Position numbers and translations under genes: made by a program. Shown here one piece after another: positions 13,300-26,850 of a DNA stretch of 64,000 bases. This stretch comes from Lepidodermella squamata (lineage: Eukaryota; Animalia; Gastrotricha), in contig JBLDXI010000007.1 in assembly GCA_047495785.1 (NCBI GenBank), forward strand, positions 2,976,001 through 3,040,000, written 5' to 3'. Positions within the stretch are counted from its first letter, which is position 1. Each line of letters opens with the position of its first letter. The notes beneath the pieces were generated by a model, which was not told where the DNA came from, made no database searches, and worked only from the letters and a program-made list of their open reading frames with translations.

Positions 13300-13390
13300 C
13301 TTTTCTCGGCATGCTGTGATTCAGAAATGGCCACTACCTGACAGCCTGTGTTCAAAAATGTCTCGACTCTACCGACTTGGAGGTCGTTTG
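13300..13390 (+). pseudogene. Isolated decayed SOCS-box 3' end
   Basis: RHAVIQKWPLPDSL.../CLDSTDLEVV* resembles RRAAIQKLPLPESLLRYLDYADLEIE of copy 3. Confidence 0.55.
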
Positions 13391-14463
13391 ATTGCAGGGC
13401 ATCCGATTGGACTCTATTCTCACCAGCCTTGTTAAATTTCGAGGTTTTTTCATGTTTATTTTTGCTATCATTACCTAAAAATTCAGTTTGCAAGAAAAAA
13501 CGATTTTTTATCGAACGTCATAGATTAAGGACATCCGTTTTTAAATTATATATTTTTTCATAGGTATTATTTTAAATTATAAATGAAGAAAAATGGTTAA
13601 TACTTGATTACACTGGACCTTCAAATCGCTGAAAATAAACTTTTCACGACTACCGTCAACCTTTTGCTTGGAATGCAGTTGTTATGGTTCGAGATTTCGA
13701 ACAATTTTTTTTCCTGGACGAATTGATCCAGCCTGTTATCGAGTTCAATTTAATCGAGAGGACAATTTTTGCCGACGAAAATAGAAAGGCGTCAAAAGGA
13801 GTGACCAGCTGTTTTTATTGGCCGCCTGAAAACGGTTGAATCGCAAGCCATGAAGCGGCGCATGTTCTCCTCAATGGGTTGTCCACGTCGAAACTCGTGC
13901 GAAAAATTACATTTTTTATCGGTCATAGTATGCAAAAATTCGGCCTGAAAAGTCTTAAAACATCATTTTTAGTCGCAACAGTCAGGGTCTCCTATAAAAC
14001 GAATCGTATTGAACACAGACATTATTTAACATTTAATATCATGAACCCCTTTCTGAGCCGAAATTGACTAGTAGCAGACACAAATTCTGAACTGAGCACA
14101 AAATTTCCGATTTTTTCTAAGTGGTAATTTTATTATGATGAATGCGTTGAGGTAAATTTGCAAGGGTTATTTCATATATCATTTAACCATGTTTAAAATA
14201 ATTTTATGAGCAAATTTAATTTTCGTTCCTTTCAATAGACTATGCAAATAAGGTGTCCGAATGGCCCCATTATTTTAAACCATTTTTATAAAATCGAGAT
14301 TGAATGATAAATTTACCAAATTTTTCACAGCCATCGGAAAGCGGCACCAAAATTCTACACATTTTTTCCGATTTTTTAGACCCGACATCCTATAGCTAAG
14401 AGCTTTTTACAGTAAATCACGGACGTCGAACCAGTGCGCAGTTGTTATTGTCTGCTGCTGTGA

Positions 14464-14650
14464 GGATAATTTCGAGCGCAAGCCTTCCTGACAAGAGTAT
14501 CTTATTTTAGAAACACGTGACAACCGTGATATTGATTTATATGTTTATTTGCTCTGATGTCTGGATAATGTCGAGCGCAAGCCTTAAGGTGGCACAACTA
14601 GACATGAGCATCTATTTTAAGAAATACGTGTCAACCGCGATATTAATTCA
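14464..14650 (+). repeat. Two-copy imperfect tandem duplication (~95-bp period)
   Basis: ggataat(t/g)tcgagcgcaagcctt...gag(t/c)atct.atttta.gaaa(c/t)acgtg(a/t)caaccg(t/c)gatatt occurs twice. Confidence 0.7.
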
Positions 14651-15397
14651 TGTAGAGAACTAACGATTTGGCGCGCGTCGAATCGCAATAGAAATTGGTC
14701 CTAGTTTTGCTTTAGGCCCCAGTCACTACATTTTTTTCTATTGTTTTTGCGATTCTGGTACTTGTGTTCTGCATGCGTTGTATCTTTGCTTCAAGTTTTA
14801 TCAAACATGTAGAACAATTTTCAATATATTGGCTTCACAAACCGCTGATTTTTAGAATCGCAATTCAGCTTCGCAGGCTGAATTCACCGCCGATATCGCT
14901 AGATAGATATAATGATTTATCGTTTAGGCATGAGGGGACGATGTGAAAATCGAAAAGTTGCAATATAAGGCCTGGAACTCGAAATTTAGGGTTTCTATTG
15001 GAAATATTCAACAAAATTTCTATGAATTTTATTTTAGCCGTATCAAGTTATGTTTGTCACCACATCAAAATTATTCAGTACAATTTCAAATAATTTATAT
15101 AATTATTGTTTGCGCTTTTTCACGACAGAAAAGCACACTAAATTTATGGTAATTTATTTGAATTTTTGATGCTTCATAAAATTCAGGAAAATTTGAATAA
15201 ATTGGTTCCATTTGCAACTTTTAGGATGGATCATTTTCAGGCTAACATGACCGAAGTATTTAGTTACTTATCATTGGTTTTAGTTTCTTCGATTAATTCT
15301 TTCATTTTATGAAATTTGAAAATTTGTTCAGATTTTCCAATTTTGAAAAATTGAAATTTCCGCACACCTTTTCTTGTTAGTTTTTGCTCTACTTGAG

Positions 15398-17473
15398 ATG
15401 ACTAGCCTTGAAAAATTGCATTCGGCTTGTCGTCTCGCGGATGGTTCGGAAGGATGCCCGTACAAGTCTCCGAATTCATATGCCCCCGTTGCAGACTGCA
15501 TCCAAGCTCTTCTCACTGCCATGCTAACAGATAAAGGCTTTGCGAATGAAGACGTCACTTTTTCGGCCGAGAAATACGACGAAATTCGATGTAAAATGGA
15601 GCCATATTCCGTGCTGAAGGTTATGCCTTGCGCTATTTTCGGCTGCGTCCACTTGCGAATAGAAAATGATGCCATTTTTCACCGAGATCTCATGTCATGG
15701 CTGTTGGATGCTTTGACGAGCAAACATTTTAACCAGAAATCTACGGTTTTAACTCCTCAAGATGCGATCACGCTTTACTGGGCCGTTTCACTCGACAACT
15801 CAACGGCTTTTGAGTCAGTCTACTCGAGAGTTCGAAAGCTCTTATCGGCGTGTTTTTCAAAAAATTTGCTCGACGTTGCTTTCAACGCGGATTGCGGAGT
15901 GTTGATGGAAGATATTGAAAGCATCGAAGTTCATGTAGCGTGCTCTATTGCCGCGCTTTTGATTGCCGATGGCGTTAAAACTACAGGATCCGAAGACGTG
16001 GCAAGTATGTGAATGGTCATTTCGGGCTATTTCCGGCGGTTAAATTATTCAATTCGTAATGAATCGAATTTTGCGGAATTAAACTCGGTATCAAAATTCT
16101 GCATGAAAAAATTCCTTTCGGCAAGCAATCTAAAAATTTCTTAGAAAATTGGGACGGATTTTTCATTTGAATTTCGATATTTTTCATATTTTCCATTTTT
16201 TTATAATAAAAATTTTATTTTGTAAAATCGATACTTGAAATCGATATCGGCATTGTATAGGCTGAAGTATAAATCTATACTGACCGCAAACTGTGGCTAT
16301 TATGAGATCTATAAGTTGGGCATTGGGCATGATAACAAAAAATTGAGATTCTAGTAAAAACTTGAAACTCGAAACACTTGAAATTTTGTGGGAAAATTAA
16401 GATTTGAGCCTTTAATTTAGTGCTGGAGCCATTTTAATATACTGTGTGTACTTACACCACCCAGTTGTAAGATTTGGTAAAAAAAAATCCAGCTTTTTGC
16501 GAATTTTGACGTCCCAGCGACCAGCGGACCAAATTTTGAAATTTTGAACAGTAATAAAAATTCGATATTAATCGATTTTTCTAGATTGGTCATTGAGCAT
16601 TTCGATTGTGGAAGAATATACACTATTTCGATGCTAAAATTCGAGGCGAACTTCGCAAAATTTGTTTTTTTTTGTGAATCGAAAAATCTAAACGCTGACG
16701 ATCTACTGATGACTTTTTTTGAAGATTTCGACCTGATATTTTTATTTTTTTCAGAGATGATGTATCACCTTTGCAGCGAGCTCGATTTTTCAGTTGCGTC
16801 TCCTTTTCACATACCCAAATTGGAGGCGTGCAACAAGTTGATAACAACGATGATCGCAAGGTCAGAAAACGGGCCCAGCGCCGACGACCAGGCGATTTTC
16901 GAAGACTGGCTGAGCCACATGCTGCCAATCATCTCCTGCAATCCTTCGATAGTTGAACGATTCACGCGGACCTCGGAGCGTAGGCAAATTCTCTGGGAAT
17001 CCATATTCCGCCATGAAGACACTCCAACCGAATTCGCTTTGACGTTCGAATTATCAGTGAAACACCTTCTATTACCTCTACTACGATCTGGTTTCAAATG
17101 CCGCGGCACCTTGCGTAGGAACATGCAATACTCCGGTCGATTCGTCGCGCATCTGCTAGCTTTCGGCGATTATAAAGAATCGCAGAGAAAGTACATTTAT
17201 TTCACGCTTCATTTTTTCAAACCGAAGAGTCTCGATTTGCGAAAAATTTGGTCGGGTTACAGCAGTTTTCGATATGAAAATAAGCCGGCGAGTTTATTCG
17301 AACCTTTCACCGGCGTCTACCCGTTTTCTCTGCAATTTTTCGCACGGTTGAAAATCACGAGCTGTCTCCCGTTTGGTCTTGATAAACGAGCGAAGGCGAT
17401 TAGCAGTCTTGATCTACCTCCGTCGATTCTCGATTTTTTGAATTTCAAAGACTTTGAAACGACTTTGATTTGA
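15398..17473 (+). CDS. SOCS-box family copy 4 (exons 15398-16004, 16755-17473)
   Basis: Phase-1 GT-AG intron at the conserved family position; SOCS box YPFSLQFFARLKITSCLPFGLDKRAKAISSLDLPPSILDFLNF. Confidence 0.85.
16220..16460 (+). repeat. Dispersed intronic repeat (second copy ~60851-61093)
   Basis: Shared ttgtaaaatcgatacttg(a/g)aatcgatatc...gcatg(a/g)taacaaaaaatt.gagatt..agt. Confidence 0.7.
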
Positions 17474-18664
17474 AATTTAATTAAAAATCAAGACTAATTA
17501 TACTGCATTTTTCGTGATTAATAAATTTTCTTTCAACTTTTCGAATAAAAACCAGGGTGTGTTTTGCTATGGTCAATGTCCTAATTTTATGCAAATTTAT
17601 TGATTAAAAAATAATAACAATCAGCATCATTATTATCTGTTTAATTTTTTAGAACTTGGGCGGAGAAATAAATAAAATTGATAATTCTTGATTATATCAA
17701 ATAATTTAAGAATTCGATAAAAAATCCGAAAATTTAACGGAAATTTGGCGAATTTCGGACTGATCGTTATTTTTTTAAATTTCAATTTAGGTTTTTTAAG
17801 GTCTCTGTTTTGAATGAAATATCCAGTCGCGAGTCACAAATTGCTCATTATCATCCGTGTCACGGGTGGGTCTCCTACTTTTAAGTAGGCCCAGCCAGTT
17901 TTATTGCTATGATTCATATTACAAAACGGACAACACGTGTTTTGAGGTCAAATCGATCGATTTGGGACAAAAATCGCCCGAGCAGGGCGGTCGACTTTAT
18001 GGCCAGTGGCCAGTTATACATTTCTATATTCGAGTTAATTGGAATAAAAGTAAAGAAAATAAAATGACCTTTTCGCTAAATGCGGCTTCGAAAATAGCCT
18101 AAAATGTATTTGCGACATTCATTCTGACTCAATTTCACCCTATTGATCAGGGTTCCTCAATCTGGGCTTCACTGGGGGACTAGATTTGATAATTATCCGT
18201 GCTTCACCTGATGATTTTCATTATTTCATAATTTACATTAAATCACAAGATTTTGTTCTAGAACAGACCTTCAAAAAAGCGTTCGCTCGCGTTATTCGAC
18301 TGAAAACCAGCTGAAAATTTGGTCACGAGCTCAGCTCATGGATAAGTTTCGAGAAATAATAGGAAACATTTATGTAAATTGAGTGCTATTTGATAGCTTG
18401 AACGCAGAATTTGGACTTTTGAGCATCTTCTTCCCGCACTGAAAAAAGACAAAAAATGGTAAAATTAGGGATCGCGGCCTGGTAAGAATTTCGTTTTTAG
18501 GGTTGCCAAGGGTAGGTATTGAGATCCCTAATAGGTACTGATTCAAATGGTTTTCAGATCTAAACGATGTAGCTTCATTCAAATGAAATAATGCCATAAT
18601 TTAGGGTTACTACGTTGAATTTGAAGGAAACTTTGAATTATATTTCCTGAAATTACGCTGATCA

Positions 18665-20051
18665 ATGACCGACAAACGCAACTTGCATGGTAAATGCATA
18701 CCAGCTCCGGAGTCATGCCTGGTCACGTCGCGCCAGTTTCGTCAGTCTATAGCTGATACCATTCGAATTCTTCTAGCAGAAGCCTTGAAGGACAGCGGGA
18801 AATCAGCTGAAGATTTCTTACTCGAAACCTGCTGTGATAACGATGCCCAAACGTTCACGCATCAGTGGAATGATATGAATCTCATGCCATGCAAGTTGTT
18901 CCGCTGTTTTCATGTGAAAATCCAAAAAGCAGAAAGAGATAGCCAACAGTTGTTGCTCAAATGGCTACTTAAAAGCTGCAAGCGTCATCTTCAGCTTGAA
19001 GGTTCAGAAGAATTCACTGCTTTGAATGCTTTGGCTCTTTATTGGGCTGTGTCCTTCGATAATTTCAAGGTTTTCGAGAAAGTTTTCGTTGCGAAACAGC
19101 TACAAATCCCGAATTGCTTCAAGAAGCATTTGCTTATTGTTGCTTTGGACATTGACGCTGGAGTTCTGCGGAATTTCTCATCGCTCATTGGTGAATTAAC
19201 GCCAGAAGGTATCAGTATCGCGGAATCCATTGCTGAACTTTTAATCCGAAGTGGAGTCAAGTCAAAAGACTCGGATAACATTGGATGTGAGTTGGAAAAA
19301 TCACCTATCCTCGACTTTTCCAAATTCGCTTTTTTCAGACATGGTCTGCAACCAGAGCGACCGTAGCAGTTTTTCTTTAGTGTCAACAGCTATCAAATTT
19401 GCTGGAGAAGTACCGGATCCGAGCGAGCAGGAGTTTTTTCAAAGATCACTGAAGCGATTTCTTTGGTACGCTGACTTCGACCCTTCTATCGTGGAATGGT
19501 TTTGCCAGTGTTCAGCCACGAAGAAAATTGAATGGTATTCCGTGTTTCACCTTATAGAAGACTCGGATGACTTCAACTACAGCGATTCAATTGATCGGCA
19601 GTTTATTGACTCCGCCAAATTACTTTTGTTGCCTCTGCTGCGAGCTGGTTTCAAATGCGCGGATAATTTCGACGATTCACTAGTCACCGAGCTCTTTGTA
19701 GAGCACTTGCTATTCGATTTGAGTGATCAGAAGTCGATTCAGAAGCTCTACTTGAATTTTGTTCTGCATTTCGTGGAGTTCTCAATACTTCGCTTTGAGG
19801 AAATGGCAGAATTGTATGATGATGTGCGATGCCCAGATGAGTCAATGGATCCCTGTGAGATAGCCGCATGCGTTTCAGCTGTCTATCCGTTCTCGCTTCA
19901 GGGTTTTGCTCGAATTAAAATTCTGGAGTGTCTGCCTTTCGGCTTGAAACGCCGTACAGCGGCTATTGACAAGCTGAATCTTCCGACCTGCCTGAAAGAA
20001 TTTCTCGATTTCGCTGATTTCGAGTCAGCCGTGGTATCATTGAAGCGCTGA
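18665..20051 (+). CDS. SOCS-box family copy 5 (exons 18665-19286, 19339-20051)
   Basis: T|GTGAGT...TTTCAG 52-nt intron joins the two ORFs in frame; YPFSLQGFARIKILECLPFGLKRRTAAIDKLNLPTCLKEFLDF. Confidence 0.88.
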
Positions 20052-20465
20052 ACGTTTCAATCATCATTTAGTTGGCTCATTCCAAAGATTACGCCAATAT
20101 CGATTTGATGCGATGAGTAAACGTGATCTTTTTGTCCACATTTGTATTAATCTGATTTTAGGCGCACTCGTTCCATTGTCAGTTTTGTTTAACCACGAAT
20201 ACTATGGCTGGCTTTTGATTGGTAGAGTTAATGTGATTTTGGACATCACCATAGACGTTGATTTTGTTGGAGAGTTTGGCTGCTTTGAGAATAAAAATGC
20301 CCGACTGCGTTATATATCGCTTTCTGTCGGTGTTCGCCATGAAACTTCAATGGGCTTCTTTTGCTTGGTCTATTGTTGTAATACGATTAACTGATTTTCG
20401 TTAGATATAATCTTCTTTTGCTACCTTTACTAGGCTATATTAACACGTTTCGGCATTTAGCCAGT

Positions 20466-22189
20466 ATGCCTCATGCTGCTTTACATCGGGAATCAGGTTA
20501 TTCTGGAGGTTGTTTGATCGAGTCGGATTCATTTCAAAAGGAAACGTTGGAACTTCTTCGAGAGATGCTCATTGAGAGGAAATACCATCCCGAATTGTTC
20601 AAGATAGTGGCTTTCTCGACGAGCAGTATATATCGAGCTTATCAAATCGGACTTCTACTTGATCCAGAGTTGTTCGGCCAAGAAATCCATCTTTATTACG
20701 ATGATAATATTGCTGAAAAACTGCCTTATGCAAATACAATGCGGTCATTATTGAATTGCTGCATTTCTCGACTGAAAGCGAAATCGTCATTGGAACCGCC
20801 CAAGTTTTCACCTCTTCTTGCCATCGGCCTGGACCTTTCGCTTTCGCTTGGACGCGAAAAAACATTCCGATCATTGTACCGACGGTTCAAGAGCGTCATT
20901 CCGCCATGCGTTTTGTCTCGCCTCCTCAGCCTCGCAATTCATCCGGAGAATGGTTGCTTGGAAAGTGATAACATTTTGGGCGAAGATAATCTTCCTATGA
21001 AGCTCGACATTGCAAGAATGATGCTAGAAGATGGAGTTGAGCTGCAAGCTTCTCGAGGACTCGCACGTTAGTTTGAATCAAGCCTTTTCAAAAATACCCC
21101 AACTTGAAATTGCAACACAACAGAAGCATTTTTCGATTTTTTTCTAACACTAGCATATTCCTTAACGATGAGGTTCCCCGGGCTCATATTTTGACCATCA
21201 CCAGTCCGAACCCATATGAGTAAGCTCGCACAACGTGAAAACCTCTCAACGGTGCCCCAAATGTGCATAATGGTTTCAATTCTGAACCTAAACTGCATAC
21301 TCGCTCTATTTTAATCCAATTGGGTTCCGGCTGGGTAGTCTGAAATCGCCCAAATTGGCACATGCGTTTTGTAACCAAGCGTGACTAATTTCTAAAATTT
21401 TTATGTTCAGATATCATTAGCCTGCTCGCTGGTCACTACACTCATCGAAGTGACTCGCTTGAAGTTGACGAGGATGATCTGGAAAATGATGAATTCATCC
21501 GACTAGTCATGGAAAAGTCGCATTGGACTCGTGAGGATCAGGATGAGTTCGAAGAAAACATGTTACAGATGTTGCCAGTAATTCGCCAAATGCCCGAGAT
21601 CGTCTTCAGATTTTGCGAGCACTCGAGCAACTGGGAATTCGACTTTTTCCGAACCATCGATACAGTTTATTTGGATGAGGAACCATGGAGGAATTTTGAA
21701 AGCTGTGTGAACATGTCTCTGAAATTCTTGGCTTTGCCTTTGATGCGTGCTGGCTTTAGAGGGGAAGGAACATTCTACGATGAACTGTACCTTGGAAGCT
21801 TTGTTCTTCGCTTGACAACGCTATCACATCCGGAGGTTCAGAAAAGGTATATCAACTTCGCCACTCAGTTACTGGATCTTACCGGGTTCGGTTTGGAAAA
21901 ATTGAAGACCGCGTATTTTTCTAGCTGGGCGGAGCAGAGAGGCTTGAAATATTCCGAAGAAATGGAAGATTTGGAAGAGACGGCTGCTTTTTACGAGGCA
22001 ATGGCTGGGGCTTATCCGATATCTTTGGCGAACTTCTGTCGAAGGAAGATAACCAGTTGCGTACCTGTTGGCCTGAAAAAGCGTCGCAAAGCTATTTCAT
22101 CTCTCGAATTACCCGACTGCCTGAAGGAGTATCTTGATTTCCAGGACTTGGATTTCGAATTGGACGATGACGATGACGATTTTTTCTAA
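20466..22189 (+). CDS. SOCS-box family copy 6 with acidic tail (exons 20466-21066, 21411-22189)
   Basis: C|GTTAGT donor and TTCAG acceptor; YPISLANFCRRKITSCVPVGLKKRRKAISSLELPDCLKEYLDF followed by ELDDDDDDFF. Confidence 0.88.
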
Positions 22190-22529
22190 AGTTTCAGAAT
22201 GTGCTTTCGTAGCACTTAGAGTGATTTCATTTGTTAACAGATTTGATTTGATTGTTCATTTTACCCAAGGTTGAATTAATGTGCCTGTTAAATTGACGAA
22301 ACGTGTGCTTTTAGAAATTATATCAGTCATTTATAGAAGAAGCTGACCGTTGGCCAGGATTCCCGACGAACTCTTAATATTGCATTAATCTAGACTACGC
22401 AGAATAATTTGTTCCTGATTGCGCCCATTGACTTATTCATGATTTTTAGGGATAATTAACGATTATTCACGGAATTTCTGATGAAATAAGCTGCGAGTTC
22501 ACTTGGAAACTTGCAGGAATTAGTTAACT

Positions 22530-23953
22530 ATGGTTCACGCTGATTTGCACCGAGAAGCAGGATATCACGCTGATGGTTGTTTGATTGAGTCGGATGTTTT
22601 CCAGCATGAAGTCAACGTTCTTTTGTTCAAGTTGCTTCGCGAGTGTCGATACACGCCAGGCATATTCTTGATTTTGAATTACCATTCCACGAGTAGAACT
22701 AGCGGAATTATTCTTGACCCGGATTTGTTCGGGGAGCAATACATTGCTTATGATCCTTGCGTGGTCAAAAACCTCCCTTTTCAAAACATCATGAATTCGT
22801 TTTTAAAACGCTGCATTTGTCACTTGAAAGCAAAAGATTCGCTAATTGAACCAGCAGAATTTTCGCCCCTGGCTGCGATCGGTCTCGACCTCAGCGTTTC
22901 ACTGGGGTGCGATGAATCGTTCGAATTCATCTACAAAATGTATCACAGAGTCATTCCGCCATGTTTTGCCACTCGCCTGCTCGGCCTTGCCATTCATCCT
23001 GAGAACGATTGTCTCTATGAAGATAATGAACATGATGGAGGTCCGTCCTACGAACCACCCCCTCGACGCAACATGGCAAAACTCATGATAGAGGATGGCG
23101 TTGTAATGCAAGCTCACAGAGGACTGTTTCGTTAGTATCAAATACCTTCTTTTACTTTCCCCAGAAAAATGTATTTTTCAGATCTCTTGTTCCGACTTTC
23201 TGAAAATTATGTCCGACGGTTAGACTTTTTCGACGAAGACGATGAAATCGAGGAGGAAGATGAATTCATCAAATTTGTAATGAAGAAGTTGCCTTGCACG
23301 CCTGTTGATCGGGCTGAGTTCGAACTATCTCCATGGAAAATTCTGCCTGTAATTTGTCGGATGCCCGAAGTCGTTTTCAGATTTTGCGAGAATCCCGGCC
23401 GAGCCCTATTCGACTTTTTCCGCACCATCGATACCATTCAAGTAGATGACGAACTACGGATTGATTTTCGAAGCAGTGTGAATTTGTCTCTGAAGTTTTT
23501 AGCTTTGCCTATGATGCGTGCTGGCTATCGAGGGGAAGGAGCTTTCTGCTATGAATTGTATCCTGGACGTTTTTTTCTTAACGTGATAATGCTATCATCG
23601 CGTCCGGAGGTTCAGGAGAGATATATCAACTTCGCCACTCAGTTGCTGGATCTTACCGGGTTCGGTTTGGAAAAATTGAAGACCGCGTTTTTTTCTAGGC
23701 GGAGAGGCTTGAAATATTCTGAAGAAAAAAAGATTTGGAAGAGACGGCTGCTTTTTACGAGGCAATGGCTGGGGCTTATCCGATATCTTTGGCGAACTTC
23801 TGTCGAAGGAAGATAACCAGTTGCCTACCTGTTGGCCTGGAAAAGCGTCGCAAAGCTATTTCGTCTCTCGAATTACCCGACTGCCTGAAGGAGTATCTCG
23901 ATTTCCAGGACTTGGATTTCGAATTGGACGATGACGATGACGATTTTTTCTAA
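22530..23953 (+). pseudogene. SOCS-box family copy 7 with a 1-nt frameshift near 23725 (exons 22530-23130, 23182-23953)
   Basis: gaagaaaaaaagatttg here versus gaagaaatggaagatttg in copy 6; the SOCS box is in the shifted frame (ORF 23735-23953). Confidence 0.8.
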
Positions 23954-24104
23954 ATTTTCAGAATGTGCTTTCGTAGCACTTAGAGTGACTTCATTTGTTA
24001 ACACATTTGATTTGATTTGATTTGATTGCTCATTTTACCCAAGGTAGAATTAATGTGCCTCTTAAATTGGAGAAACGTGTGCTTCTTTTAGAAATTATCT
24101 ATAA

Positions 24105-24714
24105 ATGATGGGCGAAACTGACCATTGGGCATGTATGATATGCGACCCTGAGATATGCCTAGATGGGTTGGTCCAGTTTCGAAAATCAATGGCGAACATG
24201 ATACGAAGCCAAAGCCGTTTCCTTTGAAACTTATAACCTCACAGTTTTATACTGCGAACACGAATGTTTACGCGCAGATCTAAAGCTGATGCCTTGTGGA
24301 ATTTTCGGTCGATCTTGCAGCCAAATTTCTCCTTTTACCGTTGCTTCGATCCGGTTTCAAAAGCCACGAGAATTCTGATGCTGTTTCCCTTTGTGGAGAC
24401 TTTTGAGCAAGTATTGGAATTTGACGATTCGAAAGTGTTGTTCAAAAGGCAGAGCAAAAAATGTACCTGAATTATGGTCTCAATTTCGCAACACTTCAGC
24501 GCCTCGACTTTGCAAAATCGCAGCATATTATCAAGAATACTCGGAGAAAGTGACAGTCAACCTTGAAGACATTGCGAGCCTTTTTCTGAGGTCTACCCGT
24601 TCTCGCTTCAGAGCTTGGCTCGAATCAGCATTCTGGAAAAATTGATCCATTGAGCAGCTTGAACTGGACCCTTGCATGAAAGCTTTCCTGAATTTTGAGG
24701 CAGCATTGAATTGA
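24105..24714 (+). pseudogene. SOCS-box family copy 8, internally deleted and decayed
   Basis: Exon-1 motif ADLKLMPCGIFG is fused at ~24310 directly to exon-2 motif DLAAKFLLLPLLRSGF; later VYPFSLQSLARISILEK and LELDPCMKAFLNF, with stops and frameshifts. Confidence 0.8.
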
Positions 24715-25093
24715 ATGTTCGATCGACCTCATTCGCATTTCAAAGTCTGACTCTTGTTTTTGTTCGAAATACCCCAATTCCCAATTATTAACGATGATTT
24801 TACTTATATCTATCTCTTTGTTGTCTTGCCATTTTCCTCATTGAATTTTGAAGCAGCTGCTGACAATCCACATGCTTCCCATGTTTGACAAATTGACGCT
24901 CCCTCCATCTGTTACTGCGTAAGAACTTCACCCTTAAAAGCTAGCAGTTCAGTTCGGTTATGTATGTGATGAGCTTCTAAAATATCGTTCATAATTATAT
25001 TGGTTCTCTTGATGATTTTTTGTTATTTTAGGCGCTGAGTAGCTTCTTTTACTAACAACCTCTGGGTCTACATTATTTATTTGATTTTTATTG

Positions 25094-26697
25094 ATGGATG
25101 ACGTCGAGGAGTTGCATCCCCGCTGCCGTCTTGCAGATGGCTCGAAGGGATGCACCATCGCTTCCCAAAAATTTCACAATTCCGTCGCTGACTGCATCAA
25201 ACATCTTCTCACCAGTGCCCTGAATGAGAATGGGTACAGCATCGATGCCGTCACTATAGCGAACCGTGAGTATGACGATTTCGATTGCGAAGAGGAGCCG
25301 CCTATCGACTTGAAGGTCATGCCCTGCCCTCTCTTCGGCTGCATCCATTTCGGGATAGCAAATGAGGCAACATCTCACAAGGATCTTTTGAAGATCCTAT
25401 TGGATGCGTTAATGAAGCATTTTCCAGATGGGAAGAATCCAATCCTAAGCCCGCAATATGTTATTGCGCTTTATTGGGCGGTGTCTCTTGAAAACTCTGC
25501 TGTTTTCGAATCAGTGTACGCAAGAGTTGGGAAGATCCTGCCAGCTTGTTTCTCTGAATACTTGCTTACTGTTGCTATGAACACTAATTACGGGGCGATA
25601 AATGAGAATCCTGAAGATCGCTCTGTCAATGTGGCTTGCAGCATTGCCAAGCTGTTGATCGATTCTGGGATCAAAATAAGCGGATCCGGTGATGTTGCTG
25701 GTAAGGCAATGAACTCTAATCCGAATTCCGAAGTTCCAAAACTAAATTTTCCGAATTTTTAGTACCTAAACTGGGATAATGGATATGGAATACTTCGCCG
25801 AAAATTTTATAATCGTCCAAACCGAAAATTTCAGAAATTTTTGTTAATCCTGAAAATTAGATATTGGGAAATTTACCTTTCGAATGTTAACAGTTTATTT
25901 TCTGTCTCGAATTTCGGAAGATCGAAATTGCCTTTGCTACTGGCCGTAATCTATTGAACTTTTTTTGTTATTTTTTTCTAGGAATGATGTACTTTCTGTG
26001 CTGCCAGTTCGACTTTGCCGTCCCACCTTTCAATCCATCCGATTTGGAGATAAGCAGCCAGTTGATTACAACAATGATGGGATTTTCCGAAAAAGTTCCC
26101 AACCCTCGTGATCAGTCGATATTTGAAGACTGGCTGGGCTGCATGCTGCCAGTGATTTCCCATAATCCTTCAGTCATCGAAAGATTCGCCCAAACGTCGG
26201 AGCGAAGGTCTATTCTGTGGAACTCTTTATTACATCACGAAGAGACCTCGTCTGACTTCGCCTTGAGACTCGATCTATCTGCTAAATACCTTCTGCTGCC
26301 TTTGTTACGAGCTGGTTTCACGAGCCGCGGAGACTTGAACGAGGACATGCAAGTTTCGGGTCCATTCGTCGAGCATTTACTTGCTTTCGAAGAGCACGAA
26401 GAATCGAAGAGGAAGTACATCGTTTTTGCGCTTCATTTTTTCAAACCTCTTCATCTCAATCTGCGGAGAATCTGGTGGGGCTATATCAATTTTCGTGATC
26501 GGAATCGAGGCGATCCTTCTAGTTTATTCAAACCTTTTGCTGGCGTTTATCCGCTTTCTTTGAAGATGTTCGCTCGTTTGAAGATCACGAGCCGTCTTCC
26601 ATTCGGCTTGGCAAAAAGAAAAGAGGCTATTTCTGGTCTTCATCTGCCCCCATCACTGCGAGACTTTTTGAATTACTGCGACTTCGAAGAGCTTTAA
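25094..26697 (+). CDS. SOCS-box family copy 9 (exons 25094-25700, 25982-26697); closest to copy 4
   Basis: G|GTAAGG donor, CTAG acceptor; YPLSLKMFARLKITSRLPFGLAKRKEAISGLHLPPSLRDFLNY. Confidence 0.88.
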
Positions 26698-26850
26698 CTA
26701 AGCCTCTTGAGGTCTTGTTTGCATTTTTATTCTCTTTGTTATGGCATGATTTGACGAATAAACTTGAGTTTTATAAGGCACTCCGAAGCAATTTTCTTTC
26801 TGTTTTTACGTTTTAAACCATAGGTGGATCTATAATTTTAGCTTTCACTG

